DNA of 62,675 nt, counting the filler, from Choristocarpus tenellus KU-1152 (Eukaryota > Protista > Phaeophyceae), in the NCBI GenBank assembly GCA_964200185.2. It is 13 parts of 13 records of this genome, joined end to end, with 100 filler letters (N's around TTAATTAATTAA, not from the genome) between each part and the next. Parts side by side here need not be neighbours in the genome. Positions count along the whole stretch, not along the records: positions 23,498 to 27,553 come from CAXNAD020016450.1; positions 27,654 to 31,417 come from CAXNAD020018075.1; positions 31,518 to 34,350 come from CAXNAD020024342.1; positions 34,451 to 37,061 come from CAXNAD020026290.1; positions 37,162 to 43,404 come from CAXNAD020008587.1; 8 more parts are not named here. The stretch is one strand, 5' to 3'. The position numbers were made by a program, and so were the translations under genes. Positions 26,358 to 39,017 of this stretch are shown here, piece after piece. The first letter of the stretch is position 1. Each line of letters opens with the position of its first letter. The notes beneath the pieces were generated by a model. The model was not told where the DNA came from. It made no database searches and worked only from the letters and a program-made list of their open reading frames with translations.

Positions 26358-27360
26358 CGAAGGTTGTCTCTGGCAGGACAAAGAAGTGTATCTGCCAGTA
26401 GTCCAACGGAATAATTATAGACACAGGCATGTCGATCAAGAGTCTCCACAGAATAATTATACCTTGCCTCAGGGGCAGGAACAACTCTTGATCAGTTAAA
26501 CCAAACTGCAACAACTGCAGTCATACTCGCTTTGTGGGGTCACGTGTGATGAGCAAATATTCTTTGAATTCAAGAATATGGTTTGAATTTAGGAATATTC
26601 TTTGCAACTTGAATTTAGGGATTTAAACTTTTACTACATCGAGTCTCTCCGAGGAAATTTAAATTCAAATTACACTCACCAGGTGTTTCATTCACCGACC
26701 CTGTTTGCATTCTGACCACACTAAAAAAAAAATCGTAACACACTAAATAAAAGAAATAGTCCGTTCTGAACACAAATCCAAAAATAAAATAGATAATAAT
26801 CAGTGTAGGATGACAATAAAAACAGAAATTCTGCTGTGGAGAGCTATCAGATGGGACTTTTCATTATTATTATTACTGCTATTGTTAGTACTATTATCAT
26901 CATTATTATTACTATTTTTATTATTATTGTTAGTAATACTTTGACCAAGCTTGGTCGATAAACCATAATAATAATAATAATAATACCAACTCCCTTACTC
27001 AAGATAATACCTTCTCCAACAGGAGCACATGTCATCTGGCAGATGCACAGGCAGCAGCACTAAGTATAGCTACATCTAACTTGGGAAGACCCATCTGCAA
27101 TCTGGAAATTTGTAGCATCTCATGTAAATTTAAATTTAAATTCAAACGCAATGTGGAGCTGTTGGTCTTACAACAATCCGTTCTGAATTTGTATTGGTTG
27201 TCATGTACAGGCCTAGAAACACTTTGAACCCATACGGTGCTCCATTTCATATCATATGTGCAGGTAGCTACAGAGCACCACAGAACACCACAGAGTACCA
27301 CAGGGCATGCAATCTTGCTCTTCGCCCATGCTATGCCCACATGAAATATACCACTCAAGA

Positions 27361-27540
27361 GACTTAAAGTATCTGGGGGGGGTGGGGGGCGGCTGTCCAT
27401 TTGGGGTCAATTTTTTCATGTCGCGATTTTTGGGTGATTTGGTTGCATACGTCGGATGGATTGTGTAAATGCACTCTTCCTGATTTTGACACAAATGGAC
27501 ACCCTGGTGTAGACTCCCCCCCCCCCAGAACCTTTGGTGC
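27361..27540 (+). mobile_element. MITE family A, full length (180 bp), TSD AAGA
   Basis: gacttaaagtatctgggg...cccagaacctttggtgc; AAGA at 27357-27360 and 27541-27544. Confidence 0.88.
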
Positions 27541-28182
27541 AAGAAAACGTTACNNNNNNNNNNNNNNNNNNNNNNNNNNNNNNNNNNNNNNNNNNNNTTA
27601 ATTAATTAANNNNNNNNNNNNNNNNNNNNNNNNNNNNNNNNNNNNNNNNNNNNCCCCCCCTCCCCCCCCCATCCACTGCATTGTCAGGAGGAGGCGAGGA
27701 TCGAGGTAAACTCTTTATAAAAAAAGGAAAAACAATTCTTTCATATGGGTTCAACAGTGAAGCTCACCTGTTATCACCCATTGAACCAACGCCGTGGAAC
27801 CCAGACATACCACCATCTCCATGATTCCCTGGGAGGATTGGTTTGGAGGGAATTTTAGTTGCTGTGGTCTGTTGATCCTCGCTGCCGTATGTTTAAGAAT
27901 TGGATGCAAACAACTCGTGTCAAAGTAACGGCATATAGTGCAGCATTTCAATATCTGGCAGCGAAGGAGAAAAGTGAAACATCAAAAGATCTCAAGCTTG
28001 GTAGCAAGAAATGGAGATGAGACTTGAGCGCATTGAGCGTTAGGGAGGCGGCAGAGAAGATCATGAGATCTCGCACCGTGTATCAATTATCCATTGAAAA
28101 TAAGTACATTGGCAAAGCTACAGCATGTGTTATCCATGATATAATCAGGATCAGGGTAAAGGGGGAGGGGTAGAGTGACACA

Positions 28183-28319
28183 CCTCGTTTCGCCGAAACA
28201 TGTTCGAAAGTTTGACCCTCTGCATCATCGTCTTTCTTCGCAGCACAGGTAGATACTATTCTTGAGCATAGGGCTAGCACATAGATCAGGCCAGCCCTGC
28301 TCCACGGAGAGTACCCCAT
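28183..28319 (-). CDS. Possible first exon of a secreted protein of unknown function
   Basis: MGYSPWSRAGLIYVLALCSRIVSTCAAKKDDDAEG looks like a signal peptide; a second candidate exon at ~27768-27867 ends in |gtgag. Confidence 0.3.
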
Positions 28320-29818
28320 GCACCAAGGAAGGTTGTTGCAAATACGAAAGACAACAATGTTGATGACCCTACTCAACATTTTTCTTGTCAGGTTTTGTTA
28401 ATATATTTAGCATCTCTTTCAATTAACACCCATTCAGAACAATGTAATAGACCATGTTTAAACTCATACTCACAAAAAACAATCAATACGTAACTGTCAC
28501 CATTAGGTTCCTTCTGAAGATTAGGCCATGTTGAGACATGCCAATGGTACCAATCCGTGAAGCACAACCAACGATATGGAGAAAAGACCTTCCACGAGGA
28601 TAATGGTTAATAAATTTACACTAACTTAAAAAAAAACAGCGAGTACCCAATATTTACTCTCATTAATAATGCCTTCAAAACCGTAGGAATTAACAATTGT
28701 TCATGATCACTCGTACCTCTCACACCCACTAAATTTGTGTTTTAGCGAACTTAAAAATTAGTATCTGACCCTGATTCTCTTGTGTGTAGTAATTTCGTGC
28801 TCTAAATGGCATATACTCACCACTATGTCACGACCTCATAATATCCATATAATATATATTATAGCATACTATATTTTATCATACTATATTACTAATATAC
28901 CCTCTAACATGTTGCAATGTTTCAGGGATTGCCATTAGGGTAAAACAAAATAATAAATGAAAGGGACAAGGCAGCAAAAACATGATGGCACAACAGGGAC
29001 TGGAGAAGAGGACATAATATGTAAAGAATACAGCAAACACATCAGAAGCGACTACTACAATATCAGAAACACCGACCATAAAGATGGTATATGTAAATCA
29101 ATATGCTTACTGCATACAATGATAGTGTAGAGACCTCTCTAGTAGGTCTGCTCCTAGGGTAGACCAATTTTATCAGCACTCTATCACCTCACAGGAGGCT
29201 GGAGTCAAGGTCACCAGTGGGATGACCCACCCTCAAGCAATTTTCATGTGTCACCGACACCATTTTCAACCGTGGTCATGATTGGAACTGTATGTCTTTC
29301 TTTCCCATGCATGTCTTGGTGATCATGAGAAGAGGGGGAAGGTGACAAGAGGAGGATTGGGTCATCCATATGTTCACTGGCAGAAGTTATATTCCTCCTA
29401 ATCTTCTTACCAATAAAATTCCTCAAAAAATCCCTAAGTACATTGCTTGATTTCTTGTTCCCTTTCGATGGGGGGGAATGAAGTCTTCAATGCCGCTCAA
29501 CTATGCTAGACACGCTGTGAAATAAAGCGGACTGACTGGAGAGAAGGGTGTGAACACAATTTTTACCACCGAAATCCTATTCACAATATTACTCCAGAGA
29601 ACTAGGTACAGCGATTTGGTTCTCCTCCTGCCACAGATAAAGTATGGTGCTGTACAATCAAGATGGAGTGTGTAGAGAACCAGGGACTTTGCTGATACAG
29701 CAGCTACATGCTTTCACAGAATACCCTTCCTTACTCTGCGTTTAAAACTTTCCCCAAAGTCGCTCTTCAACCTCGCTGAGTGATACCACCACCCCTGCCA
29801 CCTGCTTCAAAGGACTGA

Positions 29819-30077
29819 GAGTCAAAGTAAACGACAGGTGCTCAGAGTTGCATTTTAGGATGCTGACAAATATGTGCAAAATTCGGCTTTTATTTACAAA
29901 TGAGTATAGGATATTCTCCGAACTGTGTCGAAAAGTTTCTAACAACAGGGAAATCAACCCTTTCAAGTTAAAGTTAGCCCTTCATCAATAGAAATATGGA
30001 TGTATTGCAATGGATCGAAAAACTGGCTTATAACGCAAAACACCCCAAAACCGGGTATCTCACGCCTACTTTGACTC
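29819..30077 (+). mobile_element. MITE family D, full length (259 bp)
   Basis: GAGTCAAAGTA...TACTTTGACTC termini; similar to 56611-56878 and 59317-59580; TSD not preserved. Confidence 0.85.
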
Positions 30078-31517
30078 TAAGCTAAGTCCCACTCTGCTGT
30101 GTCCTACATTCCTCCTGACTGAGAGGTCACCACTTGCTTGAGAGGGTCCTCGTGTGCATTTTTTTGAGGATGCAAAAGGATTGCCCAAACCTACCACAAG
30201 ACGACTTGCTATTCTTCCATGAATTAGAGGTACGTGCCATACAATCCAGCATGGTGGTTCTGTGCGTTCCTGGTGAAACTTACATGTGCTCTTCACAACT
30301 GTCCACCACCAGAATCCGAAGCCTGGACTGCTAAGGAGGAGCTTCAAAGAAGGAGGCATGTAGGTGCACAGTACTGACTTCCGAACCAAAAGTGTAGGAT
30401 AAGAAACTCCAGACCAAATAACACCTAATCCATATCAGGGAACGGGAGGACGGGTTAATACAACCTTGTGACAGTATCCTGTATTGGTCAGGCGTATCAG
30501 CCCAATGAACTCTTGTGCGAACAAGAAATTATGTCCCATCTCTGCTTATTAGAAACCGTCTGCAGGGAGAACCGTATGATGTCATGATGTTTATCACTGG
30601 CACCATTTGACACACATGCCATCAACAGTGTCTTTAGAGACCATGCCGTGCTGACCACTCTCAACCACAACCCTTGCATTAAATGCGACCAGACAATCAT
30701 TGTCATATATCATGAAGTATAGTTTAGTGTCGTGAACCGTGACAGTTCATTCAGCTTCCATTCGATTTGTTGGAATAACTGAACAACCGAACTGAAAATA
30801 CTGTTTAAAAAAAATCAAAATAAGCAGTGGTATGACTGAAGGTCTCAGGGGTCACGCACAGAACCAAACACCCCACTACATTGGTCACATGGTGTCAGTA
30901 CCCACAATGCACTACACATTCGTGGCTTCGGATCTGCCTGAGATCTGTGGAGGCTTTCGGTTTGAAGAGTTTGACGATCCATCTGTCAATCCCTCAGACA
31001 CATATTCAATTAGCCGTCTTTACAAAGCAATGCATGAAGGACCAACAGTCCGTCTCAAACACTATAGGAAATATACAGGTCGAAATGCTCGAAATGCTCG
31101 AAATGACTCAACTTACTATTTTTCAAAATAAACGTTCACATCAAAACCCCCAAGAAAATAGATAATATCAGATTGGATTCCTTCGTAGTTGATCCAACTC
31201 AAGAAGTCTCTGGAGACAAGGAACAGCAAAAGAGTGTAAGACAAAATTTCGCGCCCCTGGAGGAGAGCTCCACTCGACCTGGGGAGTTTTTTGCCTCAAA
31301 CAGCTGATCACCAAAAGTGAGTATGGAGCATACTATGGAGGATGAGATTGACCCAAAATGGTGCGCGGAAAGTGCCCATATGTTTTGTTTTGTAAATGTT
31401 GCGGCACTTTTGAAGGGNNNNNNNNNNNNNNNNNNNNNNNNNNNNNNNNNNNNNNNNNNNNTTAATTAATTAANNNNNNNNNNNNNNNNNNNNNNNNNNN
31501 NNNNNNNNNNNNNNNNN

Positions 31518-31586
31518 CAAAAGTCGTGACATGAAAAAATTGACCCCAAATGGACAGCCGCCACCCCCTCCCAGATACTTTGAGCC
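31518..31586 (-). mobile_element. MITE family A, partial at contig start
   Basis: ...cccagatactttgagcc. Confidence 0.85.
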
Positions 31587-32322
31587 ATGCACAAAATTCT
31601 TAGTTGCGGTTTTTCTCGTATTATAGTTGCTATGCCAACAAGGATTGCGATACCTGTAAATAGTGGTCTACAGTAGAGAACACATATTTCTCACCGTCTG
31701 ATGTGGTATTTTGTCTATCTAGATCAATAGCAGACCGTTGAAACGGGCATGTCAAAGGCAAATGTCCTGTTGGAAGTGGAGTAGGAGTGTGGGAGGTCTT
31801 CCATCTCTGACACGACTGGCAAGTTCCACACCAATTCCTAACATCTTTGTGTAAGTAAGGTCAGACACCAAAATCCGTCTCTTATGCAATCAAACGAGTC
31901 CTTGAAAGCAAGGTGACCTGCAACTTTATGGTCATGTAGGACATGCAAAATTAAACCCTGGACTTCAGTTGACTCTACTATTTGATCCCAAAATTCTCCA
32001 TTCTTACCAAGATGACTGGGATGATAAGATGGATATAGTAAAAGTTTACTGTTGTATTAAAAAAATATGACGTAGTACAGGCTGTTTCCTTAGTGGGTAG
32101 GGTCCAATTTTCAGGGCCTGTCGTATTTTAAATATGAATCCAACCTGATCATGTTGAGCTTTGCCTAGAACTAATAATGTATCTACCACCGGATATACAG
32201 GTATGGGCTCACAAGGCACTGAAGTAGCAGTTGTCATAAATAAATGTGAAGATATCTCTCTAAAATCCATTTACTATTTTACTACCACCTATACTACACC
32301 ACTCCCCTGCTATGCCTCCGAC

Positions 32323-32700
32323 CTAGCCTAGCCCTACCCCGCAGGGCGAGGAGCTGGGGAACCATCCCAAGAATCTGACAGGTCCCTCCTTGCCCATCTC
32401 CCTGGTGCCTCCAGCTTGAAACGCATGACACGTCTTGATAGAGCTACTTGTGTTGTGACAGACACTATCTGTCGTAGACGGGACTTGATAGCTCCCTTCC
32501 TGTTGTAGTCTTCTGCCCCTACCCCCCACCACATGCGCAACCAAACATCCAGAAAACTTTCTGCTTGCTTACCGAATCGCCCAAAACTTTCCACGGCGAA
32601 GGTGTCGAGGTTTAACTACGAGGGTCAAGAGATCCCTCGTAGTGGGTACACTTTCGCGCCTCAGCTACATCACCAGCTACACCATTGCTGGTGGACAAGT
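32323..32700 (-). mobile_element. Non-LTR retrotransposon 3' fragment (CRE-like, restriction-like endonuclease C-terminus)
   Basis: EARK.THY...FAVESFGRFGKQAESFLD...RKGAIKSRLRQIVSVTTQVALSRRVMRFKL; frameshifted. Confidence 0.7.
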
Positions 32701-34846
32701 GGAGCAGATGGGATACTACTATACTACCATGCCCACGGATATTTTGCAATTATGTGAGGAAAGAAGTCAAACCAATATCACAAGTACCCCTGTGAAATAG
32801 TATTATTAGTCCACCTTCTTGGTACTGTGTCTTATTAAAACAGATGAGGCAACTTTTTGTCCATTTTTGTATTTTAAATGCTTCCTAAAATATTCACAAT
32901 ACTCCTAACCTGTTTGTTTCACCTTTTTGGAATTCTACATTTTGCTCGGGTCAATAATTGCGAACAGTGATCTCAATACAGTGACTATATCAAACTGGCA
33001 TTTCTGACATGCATAGCAGATCAATTTTATTTGAGACAGTTATCATATATCATAGCGTCCTCATGAACTCAGTATTTTCCCCTTTCTTTCCTTTGTGTGA
33101 CATGTATGTATGGTATTCAGATTGGATGGACCTGATGTAACACTGAAAGTTCTTATCCCTCTCTTTCCCATGCATACGGTATGTGTTGATGGTATACTGA
33201 GATCGTATCTAAAGTATTGGGGTGTTACATCATTTCATCTGAGTTTCTCTTCGTTGTAAGTTTTTCCTCTTTCTTACAATACGATTTTCTTCTCATTCTA
33301 TAACCCCCTTGCTTTAAAAAATGCTTCTTCTCACATCACCCAAACAAAAGTAGTGCTTCGCGTCAACATTCCCTTCATAATAAGAACCATGTCCATAGAC
33401 ACATGTTGGATGTTGCTGGGAAGACTTAGTGTTCTCCAGATTGGGTGTCAGTGTCGTCTACCTCATGTGCTACAAACGCTCCCAGCAGCTTACCTTGATG
33501 AGATATACGGCTCCAACCCGCAAGGCTGTAGGATGATGATGCGCCTCGTAGATGATGCCAAAATGTGTATATCACCAAGTATGCTGGAACTCCCACTCCG
33601 ATTATTCACTTCATGGTTTTGATTGACGTACAAATAAGGACTGAGGGATGGGCAAAGAATGGTCTCATTATGATCAAATAATAAATATATTTGTCAAGAA
33701 GCACAACTTATAATATCTAGGACTTCAAGGTCGTAATAGCATTTATGAAACCGCTAACTAAGACCCATCGCCTGTGATATGCCTCCCCAGCATGAAGCAG
33801 TATAGCTACTTCGACGCAAAGAACAGACAATTGGACAAGGAAATAAACAATATCTCCATATCCTATCATGAACGTAACAAAAATTAATTGAATGGCACTT
33901 CCAGGTCCTAACATATCAGTAGGCAGTGTTAGGGATTCAGTGGAAGAAACCTGGAGGGAAAAAAATCCAACATTTACCCTGACAACAGATATGCTAGAAT
34001 GATGCTCGCACCCCACAGCACTCCCTCTGCATTTGACTTAATATTCAAGAGAAAGCCTTCTACATTTAAAGTTTCACACTTCTAAATAAGGTATTGTCAT
34101 AGAAGAACCCTCTCCATTTCACAACCATGAGCACAAGCAAATACAGGCACAAAATAAAATGGACATAGAAACACGACACTGTCGGATAAAGAATCTTCCC
34201 CACTCAGAACTATGAACAAGAAGAAATACAGACACAAAATAGTATGTTTCACAATCACGTAGAAATAGGATACTGTCATAGAAAGACCCTCTGTGACAGG
34301 CGATATGTCTTGATGGCGGTTTCATAAACACCATTATGACATTGAAGTTCNNNNNNNNNNNNNNNNNNNNNNNNNNNNNNNNNNNNNNNNNNNNTTAATT
34401 AATTAANNNNNNNNNNNNNNNNNNNNNNNNNNNNNNNNNNNNNNNNNNNNCCTCACTCCTAAGTTGCACTCGTCCAACCTTAACCTCGTACCCTCGGTCA
34501 CGGTTCGTCCTTTTTCGTGTGGTCCGTCTTGCCCGGTGATTCTCTTCACCACTGAGTGAACCATGCCGCCACAGAATCACAAGGTTCACATTGGCGACAC
34601 CATTGTCCTCAGAAATAGGGTAATGGGGCATTTCTGGTTGACTGTGGACGAAAGATGCTGAACTCGAGATCAAGACGAAGACGTTGGGCACAAGAGTGCA
34701 GAAGCCCAGAACTGGCACCATCAAGAGCACCTGAGGAAGATGCCCAAGTCCACGAGTCAATGGAAGACTTGGAGTCTTCCACCCACCTCGATTCTGACGT
34801 GTCTAGTATCGACTCCATGTCATCAAGTACTGTAACACTCGCAGAA

Positions 34847-35101
34847 GAGTGAAAGTATCTTAGAGGGTAGGAGATTTGCCCTGTTTGTCCATTTGGGGCT
34901 TGGATCCCATGGGGTTTTTTATGAAATTTTCCTACTCCAAAATGTTTAGGAGTGTGAAAAATGTATGTTATGAAAAGAAGTGTCCGAAACATAGATATTG
35001 ACACTTCCTAACAAACACGCAGCCAAAATAGCATCAAAATCGCAACATTGAATTTTGACCCTCAAATGGATGTGGTTCTACCCTCTAAGATACTTTGGCT
35101 C
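34847..35101 (+). mobile_element. MITE family B, full length, TSD AGAA
   Basis: TIRs as in copy 103-360; AGAA at 34843-34846 and 35102-35105. Confidence 0.95.
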
Positions 35102-35528
35102 AGAACATAGACGTGGATCCCCCCCTTCCCCTCTCACAGATCGCCAGGCAAATGTCAGACCCGTGTCATCGACCCTAGAGCATCATGTTAGCTCGGGCGA
35201 CAGTGACACTCGTCGGGTCCTATTCCAGGAAGAACCGGTCCCACCCCCAAGTTCGACTACTTGTGAGGTGGCCATGTCACAGGCACAGTTCAGGGATGCT
35301 GTACCATCGTTCATCGCGCACCACATCAACGAGTGCGCAAGAACGAATACTGTGCCTCCCGGATGGCTTCAAGATCTGATGAAACTTCAAGCTCGGGGAA
35401 TGGACTCGAATCAAGTAAGATCTGCTGAACAGAGTAGCGGCGTCGTACGCCCACAATCAATGTCAGAAGCGAATTGTTTCAGGTTTTCTGCTTCGGAAAT
35501 ACCATCTGGTCTTGTCATTACAGGTTCT

Positions 35529-35787
35529 GAGCCAGAGTATCTTAGAGGGTAGAGCCGCGTCCATTTAGGGGCCAAAATCCAATGTTGCGATTTTGATGTA
35601 ATTTGGGCTATTGTGTTTGTGATGAATTGTCAATATCCATGTTCTGGACACACCTTTTAATAACATACATACCTTACCTACTCCTAAATATTTCGAAGTA
35701 GGAAAATGTCAAAAAAGAACCCATGGGAAGCCAAGCCCCAAATGGACAAACAGGCTAAAATCCGTACCCTTTAAGATACTTTCACTC
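35529..35787 (-). mobile_element. MITE family B, full length, TSD TTCT
   Basis: gagccagagtatcttagagggta...taccctttaagatactttcactc; TTCT at 35525-35528 and 35788-35791. Confidence 0.95.
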
Positions 35788-37161
35788 TTCTGGAGAGGAA
35801 AATTTGCCACTCTTGTTTTCCAAATGGCACGTGGCAATTTCTTTGCACTCTAGTCAGTATAGTCCCGCATCCCCTGAGACAATCAATGCTCGGTGTGTAG
35901 AATTTTTACCGAAAATTCTTCAAGGACCAGCTGAAACATTTTATTTCCAGGCGTTGGCGGGTAGAGTAGAGTGGCGTTCAACAAGTGATCTGGCTCGTTT
36001 GCAATCGTCTCTTGACACCCCTGTCCTCATTACACCCCCAAAGACTTGGGATGATGTCCACAAAGCCTTGATCACCGCGTTTACTCCCGCCCATGCTGTA
36101 CGTGTATCAGCTCGTCGACTAACGTCTTTGAAACAGGGGGAAAACGAGTCGGTTGATCAATATACTTTACGTTGTAGCACAGCAATGAATCGTTTCTTAG
36201 ATGATGCTCATCGCACAACGTCGTCCACAGATGCAGTCGACACGAAAACTTTGCTAGTTGAGCAACTGAAGATCACCCTGATGGAGGACGGCTTACTCCC
36301 TGCAATTCGTCTTGAACAGATTCGGGGCGAACCCACCACCTCGGTTACTCAAGCTCGTGACCATGCCAAACGGCATGAAGCTAATCATTTGCCTGGCAGT
36401 AACCCCACCCCCATAACATCTTACATGAGCGCTGTGACCCATAGTTCTCGTCGTGGACAGGTTCCCCGTAGTGAACTCGAGCAATTACAACGAGAATGCC
36501 AACGGCTACGTACGGAGGTGGAACGTCACCGAGCAGGGGAGGTACCCCTCAACAGGGCCCCAGCTCGGTCGTTGACGAGTCCACCTCCCACAGCCGGGGA
36601 CACTGACAGACCGATGCGACCCCAAGACACGTCCTACGCAGCCTCACCGTCCAACTCGACGTACACCATGGATCAGAAAAATAGTGTGTGTCAATACCCG
36701 GGTTGCCAGGCAGCGACTCGTGAGAGTCACACAACCCAGTCGTGCCTGGACAATCCGAGGGGTGCTCGTTTACCACACTTGCATCGTAGAGGCAGGGGTC
36801 GTGGAAGTTGTGTTCGTGTACATGTTCGCGAGGATAATCAGTCAGTACCAGGCCATTATGGTCCACGTCCTTAGGGGTGCCCAGGTGGATTTGACTCCTG
36901 TCCACTTGGGAACAGCCATGGTGTTGCTGTTGACACCATCGTAGGGAGTGGCAAGCGTCAGAGGGTGACACCAGTCGTACCTATTGTCCTGCAGGCATCG
37001 TTTATTGCCTGCATGCATGTCACTAAGCATTTTTCTTTACCATTGACCCAATGTATCTGAGNNNNNNNNNNNNNNNNNNNNNNNNNNNNNNNNNNNNNNN
37101 NNNNNTTAATTAATTAANNNNNNNNNNNNNNNNNNNNNNNNNNNNNNNNNNNNNNNNNNNN

Positions 37162-37252
37162 GATGGATAATGAAAGTGGAGTTTTCCTGGTTTTGGTCCA
37201 AATGGACACTCTGGTGTAGCCCCCCCCCCCCTCCCCCCAGATACTTTGGGTC
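37162..37252 (+). mobile_element. MITE family A, partial at contig start
   Basis: ...gtccaaatggacactctggtgtagccccc...cagatactttgggtc. Confidence 0.85.
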
Positions 37253-37549
37253 GCTCGTGTCAATGATACGTGCAAAGAGACTCGCGCTACGGACGAAGAG
37301 CCAGTCACTAAGGCAATGGGTTTGAGCATGTTTGAGGTCAGCCTAACTCATCCGTAGGGTGTTATCGTTTATCTTATTTTTGTTGTATAGTTCTTTAACA
37401 GAAATAGTAATTGGTACGGATGGATGGCGGGGTGACTAGATTTGCATAAAAAACACAACATATTTATCACACAATATTGTTCAAATGCACATACAGATGA
37501 CGCTCAAACTGATAGATGTAGAGTAATTACTCAGTTCTACTTTGTAGGT

Positions 37550-38700
37550 TCGTGAGGGACACCCCAAAAAGGTTTTTCACGGTTGCCTGGAAAAAGAACT
37601 GGTGAAGTAAGCAACTAGAAATCAGTGACAAAACCACCGATTTGCTTGGAAGAAATCGGTGGGGGCATAACCCCTCCCCCTCGATGATGAGTTGCGTCTA
37701 GGCTGATGAGCGATGCACGTAATACTTTCTTTACAATTAGGGATATAGTGATATTCTTTAGTGATATTTTAGGTTGCCGTTTGCTGCTGCGAGGGTATGC
37801 ATACTGGAGTAACTCTTTTTTTTGTTGTTGTGTTACTGTGGAAGTGTCAAAGGTGCCAAGTTCTCTGCTCAAGGGGGCAATCACAATCACCGGAGTGAAC
37901 TTTTCCACCTCAGAGGGTGAGACCGAGTATCAGAGAGGTCTTGGCCCAACATGTCAGAACAGATGAGGAAATCCAGAACAGAACAAAAACCTCAAGACAC
38001 AAGAGATAGATGTTCCCGAATGACTGAGCAACGTCATAGCAGAGAAATGGATATACGTTTATCATTGATTTGGTACAATACAAAGTTGTAATGTGCAAAA
38101 CGGTATGATGAGTCAGTGTTTATTCATACGTTGTCAGTGATATTGGACAACTGACGAACAATTAATAATTCAGTGTATGTTTACCTTGTAACTCATCCAG
38201 CGACTTTGGGCAACGAGCCTTTCATGCGCGAAGCATATCAACACGCTTATGATGTGACACTATCCACATATACCCATTCAATGTATCAGACAATACAAAC
38301 ATATGCACACACGACTGTTAGTTTCCTCTGGGTGCAACCGATTTCTGATGAGCAGGAGAAGAGAGGAAAACAGAAGGCATTTTTCTTTCTTTGGCGAAAA
38401 ATGTTTACGAGACATCTGGTCTCTATCCGTGGAGTTGATTTCTGTCCGCTGAATTTGATTTCTGAATTTAACTTTTGTTGGCAGTATTGTGTTAGAAAAC
38501 TAATAAACTTTTCGACAAGGTTCGGAAAATATCCTACACCTTTTTGTAAAAACAGGCCAATTCGACACAAATTTATTTGCCGACAACCTTACTTAAAATA
38601 CAACTCTGGGTGCCTCTCCTTCACTTTAACTCGGCTCTGACTCCTCCTGTTGTAGAAGAGGATATTTGTATAATCTGGAAGCATCACTTCATGCAGTGAA
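37550..38700 (-). pseudogene. Degenerate Cys-rich transposase-like relic (possibly Sola2)
   Basis: Fragments in order: MS.TFFAKERK, HPEETNSRVCICLYC, VLDFLICSD..SGDCDCPL, LISLDATHH, VTDF...PFWG; many stops and frameshifts; resemblance recalled from memory only. Confidence 0.3.
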
Positions 38701-38784
38701 CTCATTATTGGTCCATCACATGGCAGAAACTTACCATGTGTTCCGTGTGGTGTTGAGATCCAAACGCATTCAAGAAGTTAGGTC

Positions 38785-39017
38785 TGCGTCTGTTCGGTGT
38801 CACAAATCCAATATTTGCAATTTTGATGAATTTTGGCTATCGGGTTGTTAGGAAGTGTCAATATCCTTGGTCAGGACACACCTTTCATAGTCGTACACAT
38901 TTTAGGTAACTGTTTCCACACAGAAAACCGAAAACGGGCATAAAAAACACATGGTGGGAAGCCAAGCCCCGAACGGACAAACAGGGCAAACTCCTATCCT
39001 CTTAAATGCTTTGACTT
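38785..39017 (-). mobile_element. Diverged family-B copy lacking one TIR
   Basis: ttttggctatcgggttgttaggaagtgtcaatatcc...gggaagccaagccccgaacggacaaacagggcaaa matches the B internal sequence. Confidence 0.75.

Larger units (their letters stand above)
34655..36874 (+). mobile_element. Retrotransposon Gag ORF interrupted by two family-B MITEs
   Basis: LQGPAETFY..TWDDVHKALITAFTP..LTSLKQGENESVDQY..GLLPAIR (Retrotrans_gag pattern) and a C-x4-C-x7-H-x4-C knuckle; segments 34655-34846, 35106-35528 and 35792-36874 join in frame. Confidence 0.85.

Noticed and set aside
33717-34016. K+ channel pore (GYGD) or GxGD protease motif in FMIGYGDIV
   Set aside because: Lacks the T-T/T-x before GYG and the following Pro; no supporting exons; could be chance
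34847-35105. Family B as an introner (GT at element position 3, AG in the TSD)
   Set aside because: Splicing 34849-35103 leaves +4 nt and a frameshift; the alternative donor retains a TGA; no copy sits cleanly in a host exon
34847-35787. Composite transposon formed by the two inverted B copies
   Set aside because: Each copy has its own distinct TSD and the Gag frame is continuous across both, so they are independent insertions
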